Source: Caecitellus pseudoparvulus
Lineage: Eukaryota; Protista; Bigyra: Bicosoecida
DNA length: 64,000 nt
NCBI GenBank assembly: GCA_965644315.1
Contig: CBFFRQ010000031.1
Span: 124,001 to 188,000 of the forward strand
Direction: 5' to 3'
In this document: piece after piece, positions 9,809-22,183 of the stretch
Position numbering within the stretch: the first letter of the stretch is position 1
Layout of the letters: each line of letters opens with the position of its first letter
The notes under the pieces: model-generated
The model's database searches: none
The model's input: the letters and a program-made list of their open reading frames with translations, nothing else
Told to the model about the DNA's origin: nothing
Translations under genes and position numbers: made by a program

Positions 9809-12800
9809 TCAGCTCCACGTCACCCGGACAACATCGCTGACGTGCTGCCGGGCGGCATTCTCCACCCGCCGCACTCGGAGAAAGCTGGGCGTCAGAGACA
9901 CCGCGGGACCACCTTCTTCTTGCACGGCTTGCTGCCGCACGAGCTCTGTGACGAACTCTTCGTCGTGAGTGATGAGAACCAGGCGAAACTTGTGCTGGTG
10001 TTGGCGCGAGGCGACGAGTCTGCAAATCGCCCGCGCCAAGCCGGCCCGGTTCTGCACGTCCAGGTTTGTCGTGGGCTCATCCAGCGTGATGAACTGACAG
10101 TGGGTGGAGAAGGACGTCGCGAGCGCCAGGCGAATGACGAGGGATGCCAGCACCTTCTGCCCCGCACTGCAGCGCCCGCGCATGTTCAGCTCCGTCGCGC
10201 CCTTCTTCATCACGACGCGGTACTTGAATGACTTGGAGGCGGCGCCTCGCTCCTCCTCTGCATCCGCTCGCAGCTGAATGCACTCTATATCCTCACCACA
10301 GTACGTGGCGCGCCACAGCCGGGCCACCTCCTCATTGATGTTGGCCATCTTGCTGGCGTGGTACTTGGCCAGGGCACGCTCGACGGCCTTGTAGTACCGG
10401 TCCAGATCCCTCGTCACCAGGCGCAGGGATACTTGGTCCACCATGGCTTTGTGGTGTGCCGTCACGACTTCTGCGAACTTGGGCGCCGCCAACTCGACCC
10501 GTACAGCCTGCAAGCTGCGCTGGACTTCCTCCAGACGCCCTTGCTGCACTCCCTCCTGCAGACTGGCTGCCTCAGCAGCACTCAGCGCCTCCTGAAGCTG
10601 GCGCTTGATGTCCCCCTCCTGCCCCACAGCCTCCGACAGCTCGGCCTGCAAGCGTGTCACCTCCTGCTCAGCGTCGCTCTTTTCGTGGCGAGCACGGATC
10701 AGGGAGCGCAAGGCCAGCAGGCCTGCCTCCATGCGTTTCATGCTGGACAACGCAGTGGCGGCTGTCGTCGCTGCGTCGTTGGCTGCGGCCAGCGCGCGCT
10801 GTGCGTCCTCCAGGGCAGCTTGGGCAGCTCGCCGGCTGGCCTGCGCGTCAGCATGTCGCTGCCTCAGGTCTTGCCGGCCCAGCTCCTGCACACTGGACAC
10901 CAACACACTCAGATCCCTGCTGAAGGTGTCCAGGGCAGCTGCCTTGGCCTCCGCGGCTCGCCGATCGCTGTCTGCACGCTGTTGAGCCTGCTTTGCGGCG
11001 GCAGTTGCCTCAGAAGTGCGGGCTGCGAGAGGACCCACCGCCGCGGAGGCATCTCGCAGCTTTGCCTCGAGCCGCTCCAGGGACTGCTGCACCCGCTTCA
11101 CGTCGGCCTCGGCCTGTGCAGCTCCTGCTAGGCTGCTCTTCAGCTGCAGGACGCGTGACTGTGCAGCATGGGCAGCTTGCCGCGCCTGCTGCACCCGCTC
11201 CTGTTCCGCGTCTGCCTTCGCTCTCGCGGTTGCAAGGCGGCCATCCAGACGCTGCTCCTCCTGCTCCAAGCGCGCCACGGCAGCCCGGGCAGTGTCTAAG
11301 CTGGCGCTGCCCTCTCCTGGCTGGGAAGACACCTGGGCAAGCTTGGCCTCTCCTGCCCGCCATGAGGAGTCCACACGGTACACCTTCGACAGCAGCGCCT
11401 CACAGGCTGCCTCAGTCTGCTTGGCATCTGCTGCCGCCGCTTCAGCCCTCTGCACAGCACCAGTGCAGTCCTTGTCAGCTGCCGCTGCAGCGTCAAGCGC
11501 GCCCAGGGAGTCTTGCCACTCCTGCCACTTGGATGCGTACCTTCCCAGGGTGGTGGCGGCCTCAGTCATAACCTGCAGCATGTCCGAGGCCTCCGCCACA
11601 TTGGCTTCCTCCTCTGCCACGTCCCTTGCCGTGTTCTTCGCAATCAGCGCATCCATCACCCGCAGCATGTCATCGCCGGAGCCCCCTTCCATGTGGGTGC
11701 CGCACAGCTTGCAAGCGTGCTTCTTCACACTGGCAGCCCGAAGGCGCTGAAGGAAGGCCCCGCCGCTGCGGGCCATGGCCAAGTTGGCTTGAGCAGTGTC
11801 CAAAGCTTCCCTGGCCGACTCTAGTACACTGTCGCCGCCCACGAACGCAGAGGGCTCCAGGGGCTCACCACTGCTGGCGTCGGATGCACGGACCAGGCAC
11901 TCGTCGGGGAGACTGCGCTGCATGGAAAGCAGCGCCTCTCGCAGATCTTGCGCGCGGTCCTTCGCGTGCACCACCTCTGCCCGGGCCTTGCTTGCCGCGT
12001 TGTGGGCCGCTTGCAGCGCATCCCTCGCAGCAGTGGCCCGCCCAGCAACAGCTGCGCGCCGCTCAGTCACGAGCTGGAGAGCATTCGAGGGGCCAATGTG
12101 CCCAGGGCCTGCGCCGCCTGCCGCAGGGGCGAGCCACTGGGCGTCAGTCAGACCAGAGGGCGCCGCAGGGAGAGGAGTTGCGGGCAGCACAGTGGAGAGG
12201 TCGGCGGCACACTCCGCCAGCGCAGCCCAGGCTGCCTTCCGGGACTCCACTGCATCTTGCCGAATGGACTCTTGGCGCATGGCAACTTCAGAGGCTTGCT
12301 GGGCTTGGCGCACCCGGTCCCTGGCTTCTGACAGCTGCTGCCGCGTGTCTCGCAGGGCTTCGCTCAAGCTTGAAATGGCAGCTGCATGGCCAGAGGATGC
12401 GGAAGCAGCGGCTGCTGATGCCTCGCTCTGCCGTGCCGCAGCCAGCTCTGCTTCGGCAGTTTCCAGAAGACTCTGCTGCGAGCTCTGCGAGTCGCTCGTG
12501 CCAGCCTGCAGCCGCAGCGCCTGCAGCTCCTTAGCAGCCACATCACGCTCACTGCTGGCAGCGGCCCTGGTGCGCTCAGCGGCTGCCAGGTCTGCCCGCG
12601 CAGTGGCCAAGTCAGCGTGTGCGGCAGACGCCGCAGCACGCCCTGCCCGGTCGGTGGCTGTCAGGGCGTCCTGCGCGGCTTCCAAGGCTCCTGTGGCGCT
12701 CGTGCGCAGGCGATTCAGCACTTCAGCAGTCAGCGGCGAGGCAATGGTGGGCGGCCAGCCTGGCAGCTCGTGCTTTCGGCTGCCTGAGCTCGCCACCTCA

Positions 12801-14190
12801 ATCAGCCGCGCCTCCTTGGCAGCCAGCGCGGACACCTGCTCCTCCAGGCCCCTCGCCCGCTCTGCAGCTGTGTGAGCTTGGAGCTTTGCCGCAGACTCGG
12901 CCTCCCGCGCTCGTTCCAGCGCAGCCTGTGCTTCTTGCTGCTTGTGCACTGCTGCGGCCAGCTGTGTGCTCACCTGGTCTGCGTTGGACTCCACCGTGGC
13001 CTCATCCGCCGTGAGCAAGACCGCGAAATCCTCTGCAGACACGGAGGCCTTGAGGTTCGCTTCTGCCTGGGTGACATTAGCGGAAGCCCGCTGCACCCCA
13101 GCCTCTGCCGTCTCCACTTTCTGCACCAAGTGCTTGCTGGCATCCAGCTGCCGCTGCAGCTGAGCCGCGCGGTCCTTGGCGGCAGTGGAGGCCGCCGATG
13201 CCTCGTTCAGGGCCTCTGTGTACTGCTCTTCACTCCGAATCGCCTCATCCCTGCGAGCCTCCAGGCCCTGGAAAGTTGCCAGCCGTTCAGCCGTCACCTT
13301 GCGGTGTTCTGCCGCTTGCTTCTCCAGGGCAGAGTGTTCCCGCTTCTGCTTCTGGATCTCCTTCAGCGCCTTGGCGTACCGTGACGCTTCGAAAATGGCA
13401 CCGAACTTGTCCTTCAGCACAGAGGCGTCCCCCAGTGGCCAGTAGCTGTCCTCTTGGTGGCAGAAGATGACGTTGTCCAGGATGGACTTGGACACGCGCA
13501 GGAGCTTGGTCACAGACGTCGACAGCTCGCTGACCTTCACGGTCCAGGACTCCGTGCCCTCGGGCTTGCGCACAGCCAACGCCCCCGTCCCTCCAGAGAA
13601 CTTTAGCTTTCCGTCTGAGTTCCTCGACAGCTGCGCGGTGCCAGCAGCAAGGGATGAGCAAGGGCCACGCAAACGAGACGTGCTTCAGCGGCCGTACATT
13701 CATGCGGCGAGAGACGACCATGGGCGTCCCGCCGTGGTCCAACCGAAGCTTGATGCACGCCTCCACGGAGTTTGCGTCAGTCAGCTGCGGGGTCACGCGC
13801 ACTGAGTTGTGCGACGCCTGCGTTTCGCCAGCGTTGCGTCGCACTCACCGCCACGTCGTGCAGGAAGCTCTGGCCGTTCTTGCAGCCGGGGGGCAAAATC
13901 CCCGTCGTGATGAACTTCAAACACTCTATTATGGTCTGAGGCCAGGGGAGCAGGTCGCTGCGAGCCACTGCAGGGCGCCCTGGCCAATTTGAAACTCACC
14001 GTCTTGCCGCAGCCATTCTGGCCGATGAGCACTGTCAGAGGCTGGTCGAACCTGATGGTCTGTGCGCGGCAGAGAGAGGCAAGATATGACACTGGGCAGC
14101 AGTCCTCCCATGGTTGGCTCGCCTCACCTGCTCTGTCTCAGGTGCGTAGCTGCGGATGCCACTGATGCTGATGGCCTGAATCACTGCCAT
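9809..14190 (-). CDS. RAD50: DNA repair protein RAD50; 5' exons 14190-14128, 14059-14000, 13935-13849 and 13784-~13698, then a long final exon
   Basis: ISISGIRSY, Walker A GQNGCGKTTIIECLK (reassembled across introns), long coiled coil with zinc hook CKLC, signature MRGRCSAGQKVLASLVIRLALA, Walker B LDEPTTNLD and LITHDEEF. Confidence 0.97.
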
Positions 14191-14326
14191 GGCCTGCCAA
14201 CTGCTGCCAAGCAGCACACAGACGAACCCACAGGCAAGTGGGAGTGGGGGTTCGTGCTCACGCCTATGGCCCCAGCGCCCAGCGGAATTGCCCGGCAACG
14301 CTGTTTTGGGCCACACGCAGTTGTGC

Positions 14327-14378
14327 TTGTACAAGCGTGCAGGATTTGCTGAGGGGCAGTTCCTGCACGCTTGTACAA
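14327..14378. repeat. Perfect 18-bp inverted repeat (hairpin/cruciform) in the divergent RAD50 promoter region
   Basis: TTGTACAAGCGTGCAGGA (14327-14344) and its reverse complement TCCTGCACGCTTGTACAA (14361-14378) flank a 16-nt spacer. Confidence 0.9.
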
Positions 14379-14520
14379 ATTCCCCACCCAACACCAGCCA
14401 CGCCTTTGGGTAGAAAAACCAATGAAGGCCTCAGGTGAACCCCTTTCCTAGCGCTTCCCGCGGCGGAGTTGTGCATTGGGCGTGCCGTGGCTGCAGAGCC
14501 TGCAGCCAGACAAGAAAGCC

Positions 14521-15734
14521 ATGGCGCAAGGCTTTGCACCCACAGGCTGGCCGAGTCTGGAGCCATGCCATGTCACAACACATGGCCATTTCGAGGCAGT
14601 CCCACCCGATTTCGGAGGCTGCTCTGTGCCCGTTCCGCAGGTGAGGCTGCGCATGTTGTTGCTGCAGGTCGCACGCGACGTCACGCTTTTCTGACTCACC
14701 CCTGCTCGCAGCCTGCAGACTTCGTGTTGGAGCCGGAGGAGCATGCGAAGATTCACCTGGAGGAAGCAGCATCAGGCCCACGTGCTCACGGGCAGCGCGC
14801 CAGGTCTACTGGTGTCACATTCAGCAACAGCCAGCCCCGGCGCAAGGCACACACAACGAGTCTTGAGGCAGGGTGGTGGGACCGCCTGGGTCAGTTCGAT
14901 CGAACGGGGGGCATGGTGTTCGAAGACGACCACATCGCTCGAGTGCCAGCTGGGTGGCTGTACTTTCGGGAGGGCGACTGGCTGCCGCAGTGCATGCGCC
15001 GGTCCCGCGACCCTGCAGCCCCAGCCGACAGCACGAAGGCTGAGCAGAAGTCCACGATGGACGCCTTTGCCAGGCGCATGCAGTGGATCCGCGCCAACAT
15101 GCCCCAGCAAGGGCCCCACGGACAGGGCGCCCCCTCTCAGCCTGAGCAAGCAGCCGTGTCCGAGGTGGACGCCCTGCGAGCACGGGCCCTGGCCAGGCTG
15201 CAGTATGTGCTGTGGCACCTGCGGCAGGAGGAGGCTGCCATCGAGCTGGGCGTCATGCCTGACTTGCAGCTGGCCGAGAGCGCTCTCGAGCAAGGGCGCT
15301 GGGACACCCACAGTTCAGCAGCGCTGGCCTCAGGCAGCGCTGCAGTGGAGTCGGGAATGGCGACGCTGCGCCAGGGGGGGCAGGGAGGTTGTGGGGCGTG
15401 GGGCGACTACCGTGGCCTGCTGCACTTTGCGCGGGATGACCCTGCCGCGGCAGTGGGCCAGTTGAAGTGGTACCGCTCAGCCCTGCAGTCTCACGCGGCC
15501 ACCGCTGCTGCACGGCGCACAGCCGCCCTGAGTCAGGCCTTCCGAGCAGAGAAGGCAAAGGCAGCGGCAGACAGCCCAGATGGAGCGGCGCAGCTGCAAG
15601 CGAGCATGCTGGAGGCAGAGGCCGCCGTGGAGGCGGAGGAGGCCGTGGCGGCTGTGGGAGGCTTGGGGGGGTACCCCGTGTACGCAGTGGACACGGTGGA
15701 CCAGCGGGCGTACCCCCGGCCGCCACTTGTGTGA
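14521..15734 (+). CDS. Hypothetical protein; probable intron 14641-14711
   Basis: GCCATGG start context. A CAG|GTGAGG...CGCAG intron joins the first exon in frame to the long ORF. The product is helical and Ala-rich with no recognised family. Confidence 0.55.
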
Positions 15735-15760
15735 ATGGGCAGTGGAGAGACGGCCACTGA

Positions 15761-17525
15761 TCATGTGTGCTGGGAGGACGCTGCCAGGGTGACTCGGTAT
15801 GCCGGCGCGTACTCTGGCAAGGCCAGGTCCATGTGTGTGGCGGTGCAGATGCTGTCCAACATCCACTGCACTGAGACGCTGGAGATGGGAGCCGAGCAGG
15901 CCGACCAGGAGCCCCGCTCCACTGCGTGTGCCAGGAAGCCAGGCAAGGCGGCAGGCGCCTTGCTGTCGTCCAGCAGCAGGACAGGGCTGCACCCCTGCTC
16001 TGCAGCCTGCCGTAGGAATGCCTCCACCTCCGCTTGCGTGGAGCCGGGCGGGAGGACGCCTGCGCCCATGGCAGCCAGCATGGCCACTGCGTGCTTCTCA
16101 ATGGGGGCGGGGAACTGCCAGAGGCCCACCATGACCACCGCCAGGCCGGCCAGGAGGGAGGAACAGGCGCCGGCACGGGCAGCAGCCGGGCCGGCGTTCA
16201 GCAGGGCGGACTGCGTGATGGCGCTTTGCAGGCTCTCGTCGTCCCCTGCGACGTGGTATGGCTGCTCAGCGACCAGGGCGAAGGGTCGGTCGCGCACGCT
16301 GGCAGCCAGCCACTCGGGGTTCACTATGTGCGCCCCCGCAAGGAGGGCCTGCAGGTACCCATCCGAGCGGTGCCGGGCGACGTGCAAGGTGCTGCTGGGA
16401 GAGCCGGGTGCGACGCGCCTGCGCTTGCCGCTGTGGGCGTCCCCCCGCCTCACGCGGGGGTCACCGACGACCTTGGTGGGCACAATGCAGTGTGTGACGC
16501 TGGGGTTCCACGTCGTCACCACCTCCACGAGGTCATGTCCCAGCGCCTCCTGCAGTTGCTGCAGCTGTCGCTCCGTGCGCCGGGGAATGGCCAGCGCGAG
16601 GATGACAGTCTTGGCCAGGAGACTGCGCATGTCAGCCGCCGCAGCCTGCGTGGGACTGATGGCTGGCGCTGGCGGTGCGGCAGTGGCAGCAGGGCGGCGC
16701 CGAGACGAGGTGCGCCGAGGGGGCGTGGCTGGAGGGGGTGTTGGGGTGGGCGGTGCATGGGAGGATTGGGATGCTTCTGGCTGCGAGGCGGGTGGCGGTG
16801 CAGCAGCAGCAGCAGCGGTGGGCGGCACGGGGCGTAGCGGCGGCACCGCGGGGTCCACGGTGATGTTGAAGAAGTCGTCCTCATCAGAGTCGGCAGCATC
16901 TGGCGCCTCTCCGGCGCCTGCGACTTGAGGAGGATGGGTCGCACCATTTGAGCGATGCTGGAGGGTAGCTGCCGTGCCCGCTCCTGTGGCAGCCGAGTCC
17001 ATGGACGTGTCTGCCCCATCAGCAATCATAGCACCACAGATTTGGGAAAATGTGGTGGGTTGTGTGAACTGCGCAGGGACCGGCGCGGCGTGCAGGCAGC
17101 CTTGACGCAAGTGTGTCACAAACGCTCATCAAAAGCCGCACCTCCACGTCCACGTCCAATCCCTGTGGCTGGATGGCTCGGTACGTGTCAATAATGCCCT
17201 GGTACACATACGACACGGCTAGCTCCCGCTTGTTGCAGGGGTGCTTGCACATGGGGCAGCGCTTGTCCACCCGCAGAGCTGCCTTGATGCAGTCCTGGCA
17301 GAAGACATGGCCACAGGGGCATTGCGTGGGGCTCTTCATGAGCGACAGGCAGACTGGGCACTTCAGCTCCCCCCCCAGCGCCACGATACCCTCAGCAAGG
17401 GACTCAACAGCCTGGTTGTATGCTTTGCGGCTGGCTCCATGCAGGGCGGCCACCGCCTCGGGCGGCACGTGCCAGGTCGACAGCTCCACTGGCTCAGAGC
17501 CAAGGCTGGGAGCGGCATCCGCCAT
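15761..17525 (-). CDS. BRCA1/BARD1-like RING finger + tandem BRCT protein; intron 17141..17069
   Basis: C3HC4 RING (LKCPVCL...CPCGHVFCQDCI...CPMCK). BRCT1 is VTHCIV...RSDGYLQALLAGAHIVNPEWLAAS...YHVAGD. BRCT2 is LLAGLAVVMVG...SVQWMLDSI. Confidence 0.85.
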
Positions 17526-17828
17526 GTTCTCTGCATGCAAGGTGACAAACGATGGCCCCGCACAGGCTTGCGCAGCTTTCCATGGCTGGACAGGTTGTTA
17601 GGGTTTTGTGGTCGTGGTCTTGCAGAGAGACCAGGCGGCAGGCGTGGCCGGCACTGGGGAAACCCCGTTCTCAGCCAAACCACACCTGCCTTCCCTGCAA
17701 CCAAAACTTCGAAGCGCACCTCATCCGGCGACAGTCTTTCGAGTGGCTGCCGTTCGCTGCGGTGTCCTTGCCGCTCCGTGTCAATTGCCGCAGGCGTGTG
17801 GCTCAAGGGGGAGAAAGCAGAGCGAGAG

Positions 17829-18607
17829 ATGGCTGAGGCCAGCTCCACGGGGCCAGCCGTGGCAGCAGCTGACAGCATTCTAGCACAGCCCCCGGCTGGT
17901 GTGCATGTGGACTCCCTGGCTTACTTGGACAAAGAGGTGCGTGAGGCCGGAGCGTTGGGGCAGGCAGGAGCTGCACCTCTGCCTCGCTTGCTGCGCAGCT
18001 GGAGGAGCCAGGCATGAAGCAGCGGGTGACAGAGATGATCAAAGCAGAGATGGCGACATTTCAGAAGCCAGACTACCTCGCAGCGCTGCCTGCTGTGGAG
18101 GACCCCACGTTTGGAGGGTCTGCTTTCCTGCAAGCGGAATATGCTCGAGTAGCGGCAGGCAGAGCACGCAGTGACGGCGAAGGCATCTCGACACGGCACT
18201 ACGAGGCATGTGATATGCCAGAAGGGCCTGCCATGGAGGACCCAGCGGCCTGGGAGTCAGCCTGCGACGCAGCACGCATTCGGCTGGAGGCCCAGGAGCT
18301 GCACAGCGTGAACCTGGAGCTGCTGGGCAAGTACGGCGCCGCAGCTTGGAAGGGCGCGGCAGCGACGGCCGAGGGCCGGGCGGCTGCCGCACAGGCCGCG
18401 TTGAAGCGCCTGGAAACCAGCACCGCCGACGTGAACAAGGCGCGGCGGGCGGCGCAGGACCACCGGGGGGGCAAGCTGAGCGCCGCGCGGGCAGGGTGGG
18501 TGTCGGCTGTGGACTCCACCTTCCAGCTGCGCGTGGCAATCGCGGAGTTGGAGGGCCAGATGGCCAACGCAGGCGCCCAGAGCAGCGTGGGTGGCAGCAT
18601 GGACTGA
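17829..18607 (+). CDS. BCAS2: Pre-mRNA splicing factor SPF27/BCAS2; intron 17937-17998
   Basis: VDSLAYLDKE, MIKAEM...DYLAALP, RHYE...AWESA and NLELLGKYGAAAWK followed by a coiled coil. Confidence 0.9.
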
Positions 18608-18632
18608 AGGGGTGCGTGTGGTCACCTGGACG

Positions 18633-18640
18633 AATGCATT
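18633..18640. terminator. Palindromic AATGCATT, putative bidirectional 3'-end/polyadenylation signal between convergent BCAS2 and PIP5K
   Basis: Lies in the 50-nt gap between the two stop codons. The same octamer occurs in other convergent gaps. Confidence 0.55.
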
Positions 18641-18657
18641 GCTGTGGCAGGGCCGTG

Positions 18658-21600
18658 TCAGGTGGAGTGCTTGGCCATGAACTCCACGAAGCGCTCGGCG
18701 TAGTCTTTGGGCGCGACGGCAGAGATGGCCTTGCGGTCGTGCGTGAGGCCCTTCAGCAGGTTCTCCCCGCTCTTGCGGAGGTTGTACTGCTGCAGGATGT
18801 CGATGATGCCGAGGTAGTACACCTCCTCCGACACCACGCCGTCGCCGTCCGAGCCTGGCACGGCGTCACAGGCTGCCGGGAAGAAGTCCAGGTCCCGCGA
18901 CGTGAAGCGGTCCGCCGGCGCCACTGGGCCGTGGAAGGACATGACGGTCTTGATGCTGGGGCGGGCGGCAGATGGGGGCGGGGAGTCCACCCGGAGCTGG
19001 ATGGGAGGGGGGCGGCCGGGGCCCCCCGCACTCTGCCCTCCCACAGCCGCCGCCGCCGCCGGGGTAGGCTGTCGGAAGGACACGCCGCGTCTCTGGGACC
19101 CTGCGGCAGCGGCGGCCACGGCCTCTTGTGCCCCGCCTGCTGTGGCGTCCTGACGGAAGCTGTCGTGTGAATGCCAGGAGGCCACTGAGCTGCCGTCTGA
19201 CGTGGCGGAGGGCAGCGTGCGGGCGGAGAGGTTGGAGGCGCTGGCGCCACGCACGGCGACGGGAGGGCGCACGCGTGCAGGGGCTGCCGCTGCAGCTGGC
19301 ACGCCGCCCTCGTCCTCCTCCTCAGAGTCCCACGCATGCCCCTCCTGCTCCAGCTCAGCCACCGCGGCTGCTGCGGCGTCGGCGAGGGAGGGCGTGCTGT
19401 CGCCAGGGGAGGAGGGGCCGACGAAGACAGACTGGCGGCGCACGCCCTGCACGTGTGGCTTGTGGCGGTAGCGGATGCCGAGGAGGAGGGAGTAGTCCAT
19501 GATCTGCTGGGCCATGAGCCAGTCGGCGTCCCGCTGCAGCTGGTCCAGGAAGGCGGCCCGGCGCGTGGGGCCCAGCTTCAGCTTCATGCCGCTCTCCATG
19601 AGGTCCAGGTCCTTCAGCACGACCTTGCCTGGGCCCCGCGCCTTCTCCTCAGGCTTGGCGGCGCGGCCGACGGTGGAGCCCTTCAAGTCGTACATCTCGT
19701 GGATGGGCAGGTCCCCCGAGTCGAAGACGGAGTGCATGACGACGAAGTGCACCTTCTTGTTCAGGTGCTTCATCTTCAGGCGGTGCATGCCGTAGAAGCG
19801 CGGCAGGTACGTGCCGGGGTTCTGGGCGCAGTGTTTGAAGTAGTGCAGGAGGATGCGGCGCAGGAACTTGCTCTCCTCCACCGTCTGCGTCTTGATCATG
19901 AACTTGCCGTCGTGGGAGAAGAAGAAGAACTGGCCCGACTTGGAGTTGGAGTGGAACTCGATGTACTGGTAGGCGCCGCCGAGGGAGGCCAGGTACTCCT
20001 TGCGGTCAATGCCGAAGCGCTCCCGGAGGTGGTGGAACACCTTGGGCGCGTAGTCCTTCATCTTGAACGTCTCTGTGAGCTGGTGGGGCTGCGTCACCGC
20101 CGAGCCGCTGGGCGGGAACTCCAGCTTGTTCACCTCCATGAAGTCGTCCATGGTGAGCTTGGAGCCGTGCGGCACGGAGACGACGGAGGTGTAAATGCCC
20201 ACCATCATGCCGTAGGACAGGTGGTAGAACTGGTGCTTGGCGTGGATGGCCTTGCCCTGCAGCTTCTCCTCCTTCTGCTTGTAGTACTCCTCCGTGCCCT
20301 GCTGCATCTTCTGCAGCTTCTTCAGCACCGTCGGGCGGTGCAGGCGGGGGCCCTTCTTCTGCCCTGCGTTGGGGTTCTCTGCCAGGGCCCGCTCCAGGTC
20401 GCTGCCGGGCGCCACCGTCGGGCGCACGAGGGGCGTGCTGACAGCGTGGGGCGCCGCCCGGGCCTGGTGGGGCGAGCTACCCTCTCCGCCCTCGTCTGCC
20501 TCTGAGTCGGCGCCCTCGCCTGGGGCCGGTCGGGGGACGTGGCCGTCAGCGTAGTACGGCAGGTGGTCCTCGCCCCCCTCCTCCTCCGCGGGCGGCGGCG
20601 ATGTCCCCTCCCCTGCGCCGCTGGACCACCCCATGCCGTCACCGGCTGGCGCGTGTGGGGCAGCTGAGGCACCGCCCGAGCCTGGCACAGGCGCGCCGTC
20701 CCAGCCACCTCCCATGGGCACTGGTGACTGCTGGGCCACGACAGCTCCAGCTGCCGCAGGGGGGTGCCGCGGCACAGGGGGGCGCCCCCCCAACAGCTGC
20801 TGAATGGCGGCCTGTGGCACGAACACCTTGCGCCGCGGCGCGACGGGGCTGCGGTGGGCAGAGCCCTGCTCCACACTGCGCTGGCTCAGCATGTGCATGC
20901 GCTGCTGCACATCGGCCACCAGGGCAGAGCGACTGCTGGCTGCCGGCGCAGGGGCAGAGGCGTCCTCCCCGCGTCCGCCGCCAGCTGCTGCCGCGACGTC
21001 GGGCGCTGACATGGCACGCAGCAGGGGCCCCGAGCCACCGCCTTGAGTGGGGCGCTGCATGCTGGCATGGCGGGCCAGTGCTGCTCGCAAGTGGGGCGCC
21101 AGGCGGCGGGAGGAGGAGGAGGAGGGGGGTGGCGAGGTGGCGGGCGGGGCACCGCCTGGCGCCGTCGTCGTGGGTGTGAGAGGTACAGCCCGTGGGGGCT
21201 GCACGCCATCTGCCATGCTGATGGTGGGCGCAGTGGCTGGCGCCTGGCTGCCGTGGCTGGCGCCGTCCAGGATGGCCTTGGCGTTGCGCAAGGAGGCTGC
21301 AACTGCACCCAAGCTCCGCGCTCGATGCAAGCTTGGGCTGCCTCGCCCAGGGCTGCTCACTGCTTGCAGACTCACGAAGCGCTGAGGAGAGGAGGGTGGC
21401 GATCGCCTGGGTGATTCCCGGCGCGGCGACGCCTCTTGGGCGCTGGGGCTCAACGTGGGTGCAGCCTTTGCCTCGGCGTTTCGTGGGGGTTGCGCTGCAA
21501 GGCTCGCAGGCACCGGCAGCGGGCTGCCCGCAGCAGGCGCGGGGGAATGGGGCGGAGACATGGACACCTCGATCTCCTCTGAACTGCTAGCTGGTCTCAA

Positions 21601-21750
21601 GCTGGGAAGAGCCCCCTTGCTGGCTGCCTGGGGACTCGCGGTGGACTGCAGCACCGCGCGGTAGGAGTCCAGCTGGGACAGCTTCCCCAGCTGCCCACCC
21701 TCGTCGCTGGAGACAGAGATCTCGTCGTCGCTGGAGTAACTATATGCCAT
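18658..21750 (-). CDS. Phosphatidylinositol-4-phosphate 5-kinase with a long disordered N-terminus
   Basis: FKMKDYAPKVF, SKSGQFFFFSHDGKFMIKT, YDLKGS, VLKDLD, IMDYSLLLGI and YYLGIIDILQQY. Confidence 0.95.
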   Translation of the reverse strand: MAYSYSSDDEISVSSDEGGQLGKLSQLDSYRAVLQSTASPQAASKGALPSLRPASSSEEIEVSMSPPHSPAPAAGSPLPVPASLAAQPPRNAEAKAAPTLSPSAQEASPRRESPRRSPPSSPQRFVSLQAVSSPGRGSPSLHRARSLGAVAASLRNAKAILDGASHGSQAPATAPTISMADGVQPPRAVPLTPTTTAPGGAPPATSPPPSSSSSRRLAPHLRAALARHASMQRPTQGGGSGPLLRAMSAPDVAAAAGGGRGEDASAPAPAASSRSALVADVQQRMHMLSQRSVEQGSAHRSPVAPRRKVFVPQAAIQQLLGGRPPVPRHPPAAAGAVVAQQSPVPMGGGWDGAPVPGSGGASAAPHAPAGDGMGWSSGAGEGTSPPPAEEEGGEDHLPYYADGHVPRPAPGEGADSEADEGGEGSSPHQARAAPHAVSTPLVRPTVAPGSDLERALAENPNAGQKKGPRLHRPTVLKKLQKMQQGTEEYYKQKEEKLQGKAIHAKHQFYHLSYGMMVGIYTSVVSVPHGSKLTMDDFMEVNKLEFPPSGSAVTQPHQLTETFKMKDYAPKVFHHLRERFGIDRKEYLASLGGAYQYIEFHSNSKSGQFFFFSHDGKFMIKTQTVEESKFLRRILLHYFKHCAQNPGTYLPRFYGMHRLKMKHLNKKVHFVVMHSVFDSGDLPIHEMYDLKGSTVGRAAKPEEKARGPGKVVLKDLDLMESGMKLKLGPTRRAAFLDQLQRDADWLMAQQIMDYSLLLGIRYRHKPHVQGVRRQSVFVGPSSPGDSTPSLADAAAAAVAELEQEGHAWDSEEEDEGGVPAAAAAPARVRPPVAVRGASASNLSARTLPSATSDGSSVASWHSHDSFRQDATAGGAQEAVAAAAAGSQRRGVSFRQPTPAAAAAVGGQSAGGPGRPPPIQLRVDSPPPSAARPSIKTVMSFHGPVAPADRFTSRDLDFFPAACDAVPGSDGDGVVSEEVYYLGIIDILQQYNLRKSGENLLKGLTHDRKAISAVAPKDYAERFVEFMAKHST

Positions 21751-22183
21751 GACTGCAGGCGCCCTCGGTGTCCCTCCAGCTGCTCGTCGTTCCACGATGC
21801 AGGCGCCACGTTCCACTGCACCTTGCCGCCTGCAGCAACCTGCTTGACCAGCTGGCTGAGCAGGGCAGCCGCTGCGTCTGGCGGGGTGTACCCACGCCTA
21901 CTTGACGCAATACCGCCTGCAACGCACGTAGGCGACAGTCTACATGTTTTGCGGGGTCTCGTCAGGTGCTTCAGGTGTTGTGCAGGTGATGGTCGAATTC
22001 CGCATACGCCGCAGCCACGTCCGCGCTAGATCCGGGACGCTCCCGCAGGGTGAAGAGACTTCCGAGCCAAGCACAGCACAAACATCATGATTGAATGCTG
22101 CTGCCTGCGCTTCCGATCCCAACTCTGCATTTCGGGTGTGCCTGGTCCGCCGACAAACGCAGCAACTTGCCAGCTGCGACTGA

